From NCBI GenBank assembly GCA_951406725.2, contig OX597835.1, forward strand, positions 33,418,001 to 33,482,000: DNA of 64,000 nt, read 5' to 3'. Made by a program: the position numbers and the translations under genes. The notes below the pieces were generated by a model. It made no database searches and was not told the DNA's origin. It was given only the letters and a program-made list of their open reading frames with translations. This document shows positions 1-13,982 of this stretch, piece by piece. The DNA is from Octopus vulgaris (taxonomy: Eukaryota). Numbering within the stretch: position 1 is the stretch's first letter; each line of letters starts with the position of its first letter.

Positions 1-475
1 TCACTGTATTTATATTAAATGCTATGGTAAGATTTCCCAATCTGGAAGAGAAGGACGGTATGCAACGGTTAGCTATGGGTGTCGACTAGCTACTGAGGAT
101 TTCGTATGCTCAGTCAGATGTTTCCTGGTAAGTGCAAACTCAGACACGTAGGAGCAGGTTTTGTGTTGCGAAAACGCAACAAGGAATATATATGGGTTAA
201 AATTGATAGTCTTCTACGTAAATTATAAGAGTTGAAAGAAGAGTGGCCTCTTCTTAGGATAATAGACTTCCTACTATAATTTTAGTCGTTTGGTAAGGAG
301 GGAGTTTGGTGAAGGAGAGTAGAGGAGGTAGAGTTAGTAGACCAGAAGATAAAGACAAACAGACAATGAATGTTAGACAAAACATAATAGCGCCTATTTG
401 TGAATAGGCATCGTTAGTAAGGGACAATAGCGCTGGTCCAACCATAAAAATGGAATATATAAAAAGATATAAATT

Positions 476-514
476 AATAGATAGATATACAGATAGATAG
501 ATGGATAAAGAGAT

Positions 515-564
<50 letters not shown>

Positions 565-606
565 TTAGATAGATAGATGGATAGATAGATAGATATAGAT
601 AAATGA

Positions 607-637
<31 letters not shown>

Positions 638-661
638 TAGATAAATAAATAGATAGATAGG

Positions 662-717
<56 letters not shown>
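476..717. repeat. (GATA)n microsatellite
   Basis: Long tagatagata run. It explains the YLSI-repeat ORFs 254..823 and 565..858. Confidence 0.97.
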
Positions 718-1035
718 ATAAATGATAAGAAGCAGAAAATAAAGAAGTATTAGATTTAACTCTGTATATGGGATCACAATTATTTTGTTTAAGCATTTTC
801 GGTAAATCAAAAATAGTTCCCAAGTGATTACCAAAGATTGTTGACGAAAGACACTCACATGATTCAGTTTGCCATTACATAAATTATCAATTGTTTCTTA
901 ATTCCAATATGTGTAACTTGACATTTTAAACGGAAACACTTTTCAAAGTTCATCCAAAATTTGGAACATTTTATGTTTAACCCAACAAATGAGGGTGAAT
1001 GTCACGTTTGTATATGATCTTGCCAATGTATATAT

Positions 1036-1074
<39 letters not shown>

Positions 1075-1125
1075 CGTGTGGTGTGTGTGTGTGTGCTGAT
1101 GTACGTCTAGGGTCTCTCTCTCTCT

Positions 1126-1184
<59 letters not shown>

Positions 1185-1401
1185 AATATATGTGTAGGCA
1201 AATGTATATGTATATAATATATGATGTCTATATATTTATTTACGTAAGTATGTATGTACATAAGATCCGTCTATAGAAATCTATGATTGTGTCTCTGTAT
1301 ATGTATATATATATGTATATGTATATATATATATTAATATATCTATATATATTTAAGTGAATATTTATTGCTATGTATATATGTATATTATTATATGCCT
1401 T

Positions 1402-1432
<31 letters not shown>

Positions 1433-2612
1433 TCGTACATGTATGTGACTATATATAGGCTTATTTTCCTATTGCCCTATCTTTATTATTTATTTCGCTT
1501 TACACCACCGTTTGTGACATTTAACTATTTAGATAGATAGTCAGACCACCTGGAATATGATATTTCAAATTTATTTAGATACTAACAATGTTTATATGAT
1601 ATTTATGATTAAAAATATTTTTTAGTGTATCTAGCTATATTAAAATATATTTATGTATTTTAAACAATATTTTACTGAATGTATATTAATATTGTTTTGC
1701 CATATATTTACCTTATATGCTTTAAACTCTCCCTATCTGCAATAGTAAATTATATTATTCTTAACCTCTATTTCAACTTATTCTCTGTTTTTTAGATTTT
1801 TGATCCTCTAATCTTTCATTTATTGTTATTCATATTTTACTAGTCGACATCAACTCCTATATTTCGTAAACTCTGTCTCTGTCTATTTCTATTTAGCTTC
1901 ACTTCATTACTATTTTCTTCTCACTTTTTCTCTTTTTATATTTTACAATCATTTATTTTCTAATATTATCAACGATAAATATAATTATTTTCCTTTTCTT
2001 GTACCAAAACTACTAATTATTTTTTAATGTCTTAATAAATCTCCATTCTCTTCTTAGAAAACAGTCGTATTGATTTTATTCTTATTTACTTCCATACTTC
2101 TTAAGAATTCTTTTAAATATTCACTTATATCTTCAAATTTCTAATTTTAAAATTTAATGTTGTTCCTATTTGTTTTGTTCATATCAATCCCTATATTTTG
2201 TAAACATTGTCTCTAAAAACTTTATTTGCTTTCAGCTAATCAGAATGATTTTTTCTGTTTTTACGATATTAACACGGGTTTTTTTGTCGACCGATGATAT
2301 AGCTTAATATCTATATTGATTTAAAAGATAGTTTATATTAATACAGACATATAAGTAATTTGGTTATTATAAAAAATATTAAAATTAAGTGTCTTTATAT
2401 GTTTCAATTTACGAAACAATTGTGATGTAAAAATTGTCCACTGGTTAGAGTCACACACGTGGTTTGATGGTTTGGACAGCCCAGTCGGTAGAGTGTCGAA
2501 CAAAATGAGATATCGATCGTTTGTATCCTGTACATATTGCATTGTTATGTCAAAGCATAAATTTTGAATTTTTCCTTTCCACCTAGTTTTAATAGTTGCA
2601 TACAATTAACAC

Positions 2613-2790
2613 TAAGGCAGTGAGTTAGCTTGTCGGACAAGATACTTAGCGGCGTTTTGTTTTCTAGCTCTTTACACTCTTTACACTCTGCGTTGTAATC
2701 CCGTCGAGGTCAACATTGCATTTCAAATTAAAAAGCAATCAAGTCCTGGGGTTGATGCATTCATTTCCACCCCACCTCAAAACTACTTCA
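2613..2790 (+). mobile_element. Degraded SINE family B copy
   Basis: aaggcagtgagttagc...cccgtcgaggtcaacattgcatttca...ctggggttgatg aligns loosely with the intact copy at 32994-33225. Confidence 0.6.
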
Positions 2791-3429
2791 ACCCCGTAAT
2801 TGAGATGCGTCCATTCAGGGGTAATGTTGTGATTTCGGTCACTTATAAGTTATGGGAACCGAATAACTGGTCTTACATGTTCTCGGGTTTAGAAATAATG
2901 GTAGATAACATGAATTAATGGCATATTATTTAACACACTCAACGGTAAAATTTTCACTTATTTCTTATTTTTATTTTCCTAAAATTTTCGTTGCGTCTTG
3001 CGTCTGGAAATTTTAACGGTGAATGTGTTAAATTATAAGGCACAAAAAGAAAATGACTCTCCCCAGACACAACAGAATATGCTTCAACACACGAACTCAT
3101 ATAAAGAATCTTGCAAACCAAATCCAAAAACGAAATATGAATTAATGGATAAAACAGTAATAATAAATGGATATTATCAATTAATTAATGTTATCAAGTA
3201 ACATCATTTAGAAATTAATTAGAAAATGATTATGACACGTCTTCAGTTGGAAGTCTACTTGACGGAAGAGATGAGTCTGTTTACCATGAGTAAGTAAATA
3301 TAAACAGGGCATTGCCAAAAGATTTCTTTCGTGGAGAAAAGGATTAGCTGAGAAATATTTCATGCGAATTTTAATTGGTTATACTTGATACCCGGTTTGC
3401 ATGGGGTATAAGTGACTGGGATCTCGAAA

Positions 3430-3652
3430 TTCTCCAGTTGCTGGGTGGGTTATTGGCCAGAAATTTTGAGGAGGGGTTGGCAAATCAATTACATCGTTCC
3501 TAGCACTTGACTTGTACCATATTTCATCTACCCTGAAGAGAAAGAAAACAAAGTTCACCTCAGCGGGATTTGAACTCAGAAGGCAAAGAGTTGGACGAAA
3601 TGCTGCTGAGCATTTTGTCCAACTTGTAAGCGATTTTTCCCGCTCGCCACTT
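3430..3652 (-). mobile_element. Degraded SINE family B copy
   Basis: aaagttcacctcagcgggatttgaactcagaa...gctcgccac is the reverse complement of the family B head and core. Confidence 0.65.
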
Positions 3653-4480
3653 CAGTGCCTGAGTTTTTTGAAAGAATAATGAGAAGAGAAATGATTGGAG
3701 CATGGAGGGGCTTTTGGATGAATTGGTAGGTAGCGCTTTATCAAGAGTGTTTTTTGTAGTTGCATTAGGAAAGACATGGAGGAAATGAGAATCTATTGTA
3801 GATTAATGAATGCAGTCTCGTTGAAGGACTTTTCGTCAATCAGTGTGATTGATATTTTTTTATTTAGCACAAGATGGCAGACTTAAAAATTGAGGATAAC
3901 TAAATATATAGTTCTGTCCTAAAATGGCTGTGGCTTTTGGTATTTTTACCTCTCTGTCTCCAAACAAAAGTCACGTTTTTTTTTTCTTTTGCATATGACT
4001 CTTCAAACTTAATTCTAGCCATTTACATTCAAAATGATTCGTTTCCAAACGGTTTACACTAGCTGCAGATGAAGCGGCCATAGAATTTCTAAAATATTTC
4101 TGAGTAAAAGTGAAAGAAGTCTGTTTTGAATAACTCTCACCCTCCAGTTAATACGTTATATGAAGGATGAATATTCCGTGATTTGTTCACCCACAGCGGC
4201 TGAACAAATCACCAATTATGCTTATAACACATCATCACTATTTCTAACCTATAAAACAAACGTACAAGAGTATGAAAAGGCCCGCTATAAAGACCAACCA
4301 GATCTCTTTTAAACCATTCATTGCAAAATTATACTTCAGGGTTATTTCAGTTATGGTGTTACGCATCTACTTAAAATAGGATTAATATTTTCTGCAAGTC
4401 GCGTAGCCTCATTAAATTTCACATATGTCAACAGAAATTGTTTTCAAACCTATTTCTCAAAAAAAGATAGATTTGTATAC

Positions 4481-4640
4481 ACAGGAGTGGCTGTGTGGTA
4501 GGTAGCTTGCTTACCGACCACATGGTTCCGGGTTCAGTCCCACTGCGTTGCATCTTGAGCAAGTGTCTTCTGCTATAGCCCCGGGCCGACCAATGCCTTG
4601 TGAGTGGATTTGGTAGACGAAAACTGAAAGAAGCCTGTCG

Positions 4641-4677
<37 letters not shown>

Positions 4678-4890
4678 TTGTGTGTCTGTGTTTGTCCCCC
4701 TAGCATTTGCTTGACAACCGATGCTGGTGTGTTTACGTCCCCGTCACTTAGCGGTTCGGCAAAAGAGACCGATAGAATAAGTACTGGACTTACAAAGAAT
4801 AAGTCCCGGAGTCGATTTGCTCGACTAAAGGCGGTGCTCCAGCATGGCCGCAGTCAAATGACTGAAACAAGTAAAAGAGTAAAAGAAAAG
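4481..4890 (+). mobile_element. Full-length tRNA-derived SINE, family A
   Basis: A-box-like tggctgtgtggta and B-box-like ggttcagtccc, internal (TA)n(TG)n, and a tail ggcggtgctccagcatggccgcag...gaaacaagtaaaagag. Many paralogs occur in the window. Confidence 0.92.
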
Positions 4891-5690
4891 AGTATACAAA
4901 ACTGTTTGATGTAATTAAGAATAGTCAAAGTTTGAATGGAAGCTCTGCTTCCGGTTAAATCAATAGCACTCGACTTAAACTTGTTCAGATCTGAATAATG
5001 AAATGCCATATATTTCGAGAGAGATTTGATGGTCACCGCTGGGATGATGCTTCTAGTAGGTTACGAAATCTCAAAAGACTTCAAATAACAATGTCGTGTG
5101 ATAAGACAACGCTGTGTCCGACTTTCACTATTATCTTAACATTTTGTTTTTAGCTTTGCATTTCTATATTTTTGTGTTTCTTTATCTTTTCTTGTTTCTA
5201 ATATAAATTCTATTAACGAACTAGTAATAATTACAAACTTAATTAGACATTTGATAATTAAAATTTATCGAACATAACTTAGAGAAATTACTTTTAATTT
5301 TGTTATTTCCCTTGCTCCTCTATTTTCTCATCGCTTTTGTCAATTTTCATTATAAACGCATAATTACACATGGGACACATTGAGATAAAAATCATACATG
5401 TACATACAAACATACACACACACTGAAATTCAAATACAAAACATACACATCGACTAAAAGTTATGTACGTATAAACGCGTGCAAAGACACAGAGATGAGG
5501 AATAAGTAGAGAAATATACGTTGTAGGTGTGGTTTCCTAATGAAAACTGAGGGATCAATACCTCTGTAAATTTATAGGTTCATTGTGGTGGGGAAAAAAA
5601 TGGGTGTTCCACATTGACACGTATATTCATCTATTCTTCACTGCGGATATTGTACAGGCGATATACAATAATTATATCCATCTATCTACC

Positions 5691-5750
<60 letters not shown>

Positions 5751-6029
5751 TATATGTATATATATATATATACGTTTTGTATATAAGTATTTATATATAT
5801 GTAAGCGTGTGTGTGTATTTATATACGCATATATATATTATATATGTATATGTACATATTATATATGCATGTATATATATATGTGTGTGTGTGTATGAGT
5901 GTGTAAATATAATATATATATATAATACATATATGTAAAAGACTTTTTCTATTCCTGAGCGTTATACTATTACATCTGTCTGTTTTATACACCACCTGTC
6001 TTCGTAAACTGTCCCAAAATATATATACG

Positions 6030-6242
<213 letters not shown>

Positions 6243-6289
6243 TTAAACCTCTTCGTCCAGGACCATTGTGAAACCACAGCAGAATAATC

Positions 6290-7250
6290 ACAGCAGAACA
6301 AGCATCTCGGAAGGAGGAAGTCTGGGGTTGTGCCGAGCAATTTTTAATTCACAAAACTGTGATGCCAAAGGTGAGAGAACATAGGAGAAAGCTAGTTTTA
6401 ATACGGCTAGACTACACGAAAGCCTTTGATTCTGTTCCGCACTCATGGATATCACCCACATCATAAGCAGTTGTACGAAAATGTCATCGCGGTATTATCT
6501 GCCAATGAGACGTGATGCAGTAGCTACGACACACAATAATGAAATCTGTCGGAGTTGTTACCACGAGGACAAATAAATAAGAACCCACAGTGTGGTAGAA
6601 GTCATAGGCCCTAATAAAAAGAAGTACTGGGGGAATGTCCCAGTGAAGAGCTCAATAACATGTAATCACGACAGACCTGATATAATGATTTCAGATGGAG
6701 AAGAAAAACTGTGTAGAGTTGTGGCAGTAATTAGCTGCCCCAGGGGATGTTGGCAAAAAACTGAAAATCGGTGAAAAAGAGAATATTTACGCTGAACTAT
6801 TGAGAAATCTGCAGTTACTCAATCCAGATTAGAAGTTCTGGTTTATACCTGTAATTATTGGGGCCTGGGATATGTAACACACTGCCTAAATACCAATTTT
6901 GATAAATTAGTCTTCTCAATAAACTTTCTCTGAAAGGATAAAGCTAATTCGAAGACTACAGTTCCAATCTATCACTGGCATTGTAAAAATCTGTAAAACT
7001 TACCAGTTTATCATTTAAATATATATGAGCATGTCACGATATGCAACTATATATATGCATGAGAATACATACATAAAACATACAAATCTGCATACATACA
7101 TGCATGCATACATACATACATACATACATACATACATACAAAAATGCCCTGTTGTTGATGTTAACATTTCAATGAAGGAGCCTTGAATTTATTTTAGAAA
7201 CCAGCTTTTCTCTATTCGTAAGATATATTTAAATAAAACTGAACAATGGC
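6290..7250 (+). mobile_element. Internally deleted R4/Dong-like non-LTR retrotransposon (RT + RLE relic)
   Basis: GCAEQFLIHK and LDYTKAFDSVPHSWI (RT), YLPMRRDAVA, HDRPDIMI...ISCP (PD-D/ExK endonuclease), IPVIIG..GYV, and a 3' UTR ending in (CATA)n. Confidence 0.85.
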
Positions 7251-7478
7251 ATACATACATACATGCATGCATGCATACATACATACATACATATATGCAT
7301 ACATACATACATACATATATACATACATACATACATACATACATGCATACATGCATACATTCATGCATACATGCATACATACATACATGCATACATACAT
7401 ACATACATACATACATACATACATACATGCATGCATACATACACACATACACACATGCACACATACATACATACATAC

Positions 7479-7587
7479 AAAATGCCATGTTGTTGATGTT
7501 GAAATTCCAATGAAGGAGCCTTGAATTTATGTTAGAAACCGGCTTTTCTTTATTTACAAGATATCTTTCAATAAAACTGAACAATGA
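7479..7587 (+). mobile_element. Second, truncated 3'-terminal module of the R4-like LINE
   Basis: aaaatgccatgttgttgatgttgaaattccaatgaaggagcc...aataaaactgaacaatga repeats 7141-7249 and 63885-63994. Flanked by (TACA)n on both sides. Confidence 0.85.
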
Positions 7588-8366
7588 CATACATACATAC
7601 ATACATACATACATACATACATACATACATACATACATACATACATACATACATACATACATACACGCATACATACAGACTTACAAACCAATATGTGTAT
7701 ATTCATAAATTAAAAAAGAAAACGATAAAAATCTACACATCTACTGACGTCAAGATTGTGACGTCAGATGTACATTCATCGTTCTGAAACGTGTGAAAAT
7801 CTGTTCATTATTTATGCATGCCAGTATGGTGGCATAAACTTGTTCATATTTATATGTATGCGCGTTGGGCTAGTGCGTATGTGTCTATGTATGCGTGAGT
7901 GTGTATGTGTATGTATGTGCATGTGTGTGTGTGTGTTTGTGTGCCATATTCTTAAGGCAGGCTCTGAGAAGTGGGATTGCATGAACGTGCATCATAAAAG
8001 ACTATGGACTGTCATAATACAACGATAAAGGCAAATTATGGAAACTTTCTTGAGCCGATATATCCAACTGTTTCATGAGGAATTAAGACATTTATTGCGC
8101 TCCACACTACAATAGAGGAAGATATTACGCCGATGAATTGTGTGTTTGTACATATATATATATATATATATGTTACATAATGTTATATATAAGTATATAT
8201 ACATGTGTGTATATATATATATATATTTATGTACGTATATATATATATATATATATACATGTGTGTAGATATATATTTATATGTAAATATATATATACAC
8301 ACACACAAACAGATACATATATAAATACACATATTTAAATAAGTATATAGATAGTCAGGTAGATAG

Positions 8367-8419
<53 letters not shown>

Positions 8420-8844
8420 TAATATATAATATATATATGCATATATGTACCGAAACATAGATACATGTGTGTGTCTATATACATATGTGTATATATATAT
8501 AAATATATATGTGTGTGTGTGTGTGCGTGTGTGTGTGTGTATGTATGTATGTATGTATATATGGGCGTGTATATGTATGTGTGTGTGTGTGTGTGCCTGT
8601 GCGTATGTGTTTAAGTTTGTGCGTGCGTACATATTTGTATGCATTTACGTGTGCGTGTACATTATTCTTGTAACAACATTGAGATTAACTTGGGCACAGT
8701 TTCTTATTTCACTTATCAAATATACATAATAATCGTAGATAACCATTCTGCTTTCCTGCTTCACATAATATCCAGTTCTCTGCCTCCTGACATTATACAA
8801 AGTTGTATAATTATATGTTCGTATGTATGAGTGCGCGTATTTTC

Positions 8845-9377
<533 letters not shown>

Positions 9378-9956
9378 AAATGAAAGAAGGGTTAAGGATG
9401 CGGGCGAATAAATTATAAGCTCTGTGAATTAGAACGAGCAAATCTGGCTAAAATGATATAAAATGATGTACAAAGTCACATGATCTGTAGTTTAACATAT
9501 CGTCACCGGTCCAATTTCTGAATCCAGGCAAGTAAAATCGGTATCGAGTTACAGGGCATCATAGAGAATGGACAAAGGTAGTGGAAATAATATTAATATA
9601 TTCATGCTTGGCTGGAATAAAATGAATGAATTTCTACTACCTCTGTGCCCAATGGAGTTACAGTTACGCAAGATTTCACATGTTTTCTGTTATTTTGTCC
9701 TAAATTAATTGCACCTAATGGGCTTTCTGAAATTATAGGGGCGACAAGGATTGTAGTTCTTGAATTCGTTTCTTTTTCCTCGTTCCATATTTTGCACCAA
9801 CCTCCACGTTTATTCCACATTTTTCTTATTTTCTTATTGTCCAACGTCCTTGTTCTTTCTGAATGATTGCTTTAAAATACATTGCATATTTTATATATAT
9901 GCATGTTCAAGTATCATATTAGTATGAAACTAGTAGTAGCTTTCCGATTGTGTTTT

Positions 9957-9998
<42 letters not shown>

Positions 9999-10235
9999 CC
10001 TTTCCTTTTTCTATGTTTCTGACGAAGTTCCTGCAATAAACCTACGGATAGCAACAGGTAATCGAAACTGTGCCGCTGCTTTACTCATCCTCTAATTGTA
10101 CATTTTATATAATTTCTCCATTATATACATAAGTTCAACAAAATTTAGATTCAAATGAATATGGTACTTAAGTTAGATGCACCAGAATTCTGTATGGTGT
10201 TATCCATATAAATCCATGGGGTGATTATAATCAAA

Positions 10236-10314
10236 ATAAGCAACAAGAATAACTTCGGTAATCTGTAGAGCGAAACGATCGTACCAAATTACCGAAGTTA
10301 TTCTTGTTGCTTAT
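10236..10314. mobile_element. Fold-back element with partial hammerhead motif
   Basis: 27-bp perfect inverted arms ataagcaacaagaataacttcggtaat / attaccgaagttattcttgttgcttat surround gtagagc GAAA cgatcg TA ccaa. Confidence 0.7.
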
Positions 10315-11197
10315 ATACATATACATACATACATAATATATACATATAAATATGGAAAGGCTCTCTAGCAAGTGTTCAATTATTTCATTTGAAAAGGCTT
10401 ATTTCACTTGATCATTTCCAAAGCTCGCGCACCCGTTTCCCACCTACTATCCAGAAAAGGAATATTTAATAATATTTAATATTTTTTTCAATTTTTGTGG
10501 AGCGTTCATATTATTCAGTTAGAATTCAGTTCTTTTCATTTAATGTAATTATTTTTCGTTTAGAGCTGGTAACCAATGGAACAATTATAGGGGCTAATAT
10601 CATTGTAAAATCATAGTGCGAATATGCGAAAATTGATATAAATTTTGATTGTAAAAATGAGAGATTAAGTTATATGTAAAAATGCAAAATGAAATGCACT
10701 GAAAATGAAATGCAACGAAACTGTAAATTCATTTGGCTATTGAGAGAAAACACTTCAAACTATATTATTAATTGGAATGTCATGAAAATCTCAAAGCCCT
10801 GTGAAAAAAGCTGTAACGATGTAAACCATGTGTAACGGAAAAATGTCATATTCTAAAAAAAAATTGTTGCAACTCGTACAATATTTAAATGTTAAATCTC
10901 TAGCTTTCAGCATTTACAAATATCGCGATGCTACAGTCGACATTCAGTGCATTACTTAGATGTTTTTTCCATATGTAACTTGCTTCTCCTCTATGTGTAA
11001 TGGACACGGAATTTGTATGTGAGTGCGTATGTGTGTGTATGAAAGTGTGAGAGAAAAAGAGAGAGAGGGAGGGAGGGATAGAGAGAGAAGCAAGACTTCG
11101 TGTGGATTAATTTTCAAATGTTTTCATGAAGAAAACAGAGATTATTCTATATGATGAGTAGAATGAACACAATTATGATATGTCAGATAAATATAAG

Positions 11198-11630
11198 CGC
11201 GGCGGTGATTTTGTGGTGAGAAGTTTGCATCCTAGCCACATCGGTCAAGGTTCACTCCTACTAAGTGGTATCTTGGGCTAATATCTTCTACTGTAGGTGC
11301 GGGCCGACCAAACCCTTCGGAGTTGATTTGATGGACAAAAACTGAAAGAAGTCTGTCATGTGAGTGTGTGTGTGTGTGTGCTTTTGTCTTTGTGTTTATG
11401 CGTGTTCTGTCTACGCTTGTGCGTGTGTGTGTGCTTGTGTCTATGTTTGTCCCCACCACTGCTTGACAACCGGTGCTGGTTTGTTTACGCCCCTGTAACA
11501 TAGCTGTTCGGTAAATGAAACCAATGCAATAAGTATCACGCTTAAAGGAATATAAGTATTGACATCGAAATACAATTCTTCAAAGCAGTGCCCCAGCATG
11601 TGAATAAAGTAAATGATAGCAGATAAAAAC
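11198..11630 (+). mobile_element. SINE family A, diverged full-length copy
   Basis: Head, (TG)n, gcttgacaaccggtgctggtttgtttacg core and gcagtgccccagcatg tail. Confidence 0.85.
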
Positions 11631-11860
11631 TATCATGATCTTAAATTCCTTATGAAATTCAGCATTCTTCACACACCTGTGATTTAAATCACATCTAATT
11701 TAAGAACAATGCTTAAAAAATAAAAGTACCCGTAACAGACCACATCGTAATGTTTATCATATAAATACCAATACGGATTAATGAAGAGTTTGTTCGCTGA
11801 TATTATAAACAATACCAATGGCTCTTCTTTAGATTAATTCATCTAGGTGTTGGTGGCTGG

Positions 11861-12000
11861 TGGAGGTGCGTCGCTTAGTGGTTAGGGTGTTGGACTCATG
11901 ACCATAAGATTACAGTTTCATTCTTGGACTGGGCGGTGCGTTGTGTTTTTGAGCAAGACCCTTCATTTCATGTTGCTCCAGTCCACTCAGCTGGCGAAAG
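11861..12000 (+). mobile_element. SINE family C head
   Basis: gcttagtggttagggtgttggactc...gagcaagacccttcatttcatgttgctccagtccactcagctg. Paralogs at 13225, 25230-25455 (-) and 33245. Confidence 0.7.
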
Positions 12001-12158
12001 TGAAACAGGGAAACAGGGAATTTGTACTCTTCAGTAGGTGAGATATAAAGGGATAAAGGAAAATAAGCAAAAAAGACGCTTAAAATATATAGAGATGTTT
12101 CCCTTATTATTATTATTTAGATATTTGTATATTCATTCTCCCACTCACAATTATTTGA

Positions 12159-12253
<95 letters not shown>

Positions 12254-12361
12254 TACACACACATATATATATATATACATATACATATACATTTACATAT
12301 ATATATACATACATATACATATATATAAATATATCAATGTATGTATATATATTTATATATA

Positions 12362-12945
12362 TACAGGTGTTGGACAAAATGATGGACCACCGGCCGAGTA
12401 TACGTGTGGAGATAACCGAAAGAAGCATTTGACCCAGATGGTCTTCTTCCAACTATTAAACATGGAGGAGTACCTGGGATGATCTGGGAGTGGCTATATC
12501 TGGGAAACCTGCCGGCCCAATAGTTTCCCTTCATGGCATAATTCCCAGTTAAGACTATTTGAGCATTTTATCTTATCAACTTCATCCTATGTTTGTTGAA
12601 CTGTTTCCGGAGGGAGCCCTATCTGTCAGAATGACAATACACTAATTGGGACAGCTAACGTTTTTACTGAATGGCACGAAGAACATTCTAGTGAAGTTGA
12701 AAATCTTATCTGGCCACCACAGTCCCCAGATCTCAATATTATCGAACATTTATGGTGCATTTTGGAAAAACAAGTAAGGAGGCGATATCCTCCACTATCA
12801 TCACAATAAAAATTGGAGAGTGTTTTAGCTGAAGAATGGACAAAATTCCTTTCTAAAGATTACAAACTTTGTACGAGTCCATAACATGTAGAATCTAAGC
12901 AGTAATTACTGCCAAAGGCGATTGTACTCCTATTAAAATAAGTTA
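12362..12945 (+). mobile_element. Tc1-like DNA transposon relic (internally deleted transposase)
   Basis: TA-CAGGTGTTGGACAA end, PTIKHGG, QNDN, WPPQSPDLNIIEHLW and AVITAKG motifs, with stops. Confidence 0.88.
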
Positions 12946-12949
12946 GTTT

Positions 12950-13112
12950 ACAACGGGCTTCTTTCAGTTTCCATTTACCATATCCACTCACAAGGTTTTG
13001 GTCGGCCTGAGGCTATAATAGAATACACTTGCCCAAGGCGCCACGCATTGGGATTGAAGGGGAACCACGTGGTTGGTAAGCAAACTACTTACCACACAGC
13101 TACGCCTGTGCC
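12950..13112 (-). mobile_element. SINE family A head
   Basis: Reverse complement of the 4481 head. Confidence 0.85.
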
Positions 13113-13224
13113 TATATGTATTAATATTTTTATAAATATATATATATATAGAAGTGTTTGTGTGTGCGTAATGTATATATATACAAATATGTGTGTATAT
13201 ATATATATATACATATACATACAA

Positions 13225-13470
13225 GGCACTTTATTTCACGTTGCTCCAGTTCACTCAGCTGTAGAAATGAGTTGCGACGTCACTGGTGCCAAGCTGTATC
13301 GACCTTTGTCTTTCCCTTGGATAACACTGGTGGCGTGGAGAGGGGAGGCCGGTATGCATGGGCAACTGCTGGTCTTCCATAAACAACCTTGCCCGGACTT
13401 GTGTCTAGGAGGGTAACTTTCTAGGTGCAATCCCATGGTCATTCATGACCGAAGGGGGTCTTTACCCTTT
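13225..13470 (+). mobile_element. SINE family C-related body and tail
   Basis: Starts with the cactttatttcacgttgctccagttcactcagctg core shared with the 11861 and 33245 copies. GC-rich body. Confidence 0.6.
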
Positions 13471-13516
13471 ACATATATATACATACATACATATATATAC
13501 ATACATATATACATAC

Positions 13517-13547
<31 letters not shown>

Positions 13548-13557
13548 CATACATATA

Positions 13558-13800
13558 CTGGAGTAAACACATAAATGTGAAACAAGGTGGAAAATAGAGT
13601 ACTCAAATACCAGGGGTAGAGTAATATGCTTTATTTAAAAGCAGCAGAAATTCAACAAAACCTGTTACTCTGAGTATCACGTTCCCGTTCGTCGGAAAGT
13701 TTTTGTTAAACAGTTTTTGCTTAACAAAAACTGTCCGACGAACAGGAACGTGAAACTCAGAGTAACAGGTTTTGTTGAATTTCTGCTGTTTTTAAATAAA

Positions 13801-13805
<5 letters not shown>
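13558..13805. mobile_element. Penelope-type fold-back element carrying inverted hammerhead copies
   Basis: About 85-bp inverted arms 13624-13709 / 13721-13805 plus a left extension, flanked by (TA/TACA)n. Confidence 0.8.
13731..13768 (+). ncRNA. Minimal type I hammerhead ribozyme motif (U4C core)
   Basis: ctgt-CCGACGA-aca ggaa cgt-GAAA-ctc a gag-TA-acag. Stem I is ctgt/acag, stem III is ctc/gag, and the mirrored arm supplies a perfect stem II acg/cgt. Confidence 0.7.
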
Positions 13806-13832
<27 letters not shown>

Positions 13833-13903
13833 GTATGTTTTATACATATATATGTATTTATACACGTATATATGTAATGTGTGTGTGCATGTGTGTATGT
13901 GTA

Positions 13904-13982
<79 letters not shown>

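Noticed and set aside
1-2340. Possible decayed Penelope ORF pieces between microsatellites
   Set aside because: Only vague resemblance; no RT or GIY-YIG motif is readable.
4481-4560. SINE heads as tRNA genes
   Set aside because: A/B boxes are present, but they run into multi-copy SINE bodies and no cloverleaf was found.
10015-10075. CTGACGA...cctg/cagg...CGAAAC hammerhead-like core
   Set aside because: Stem III and the cleavage triplet are absent. At best a decayed relic.
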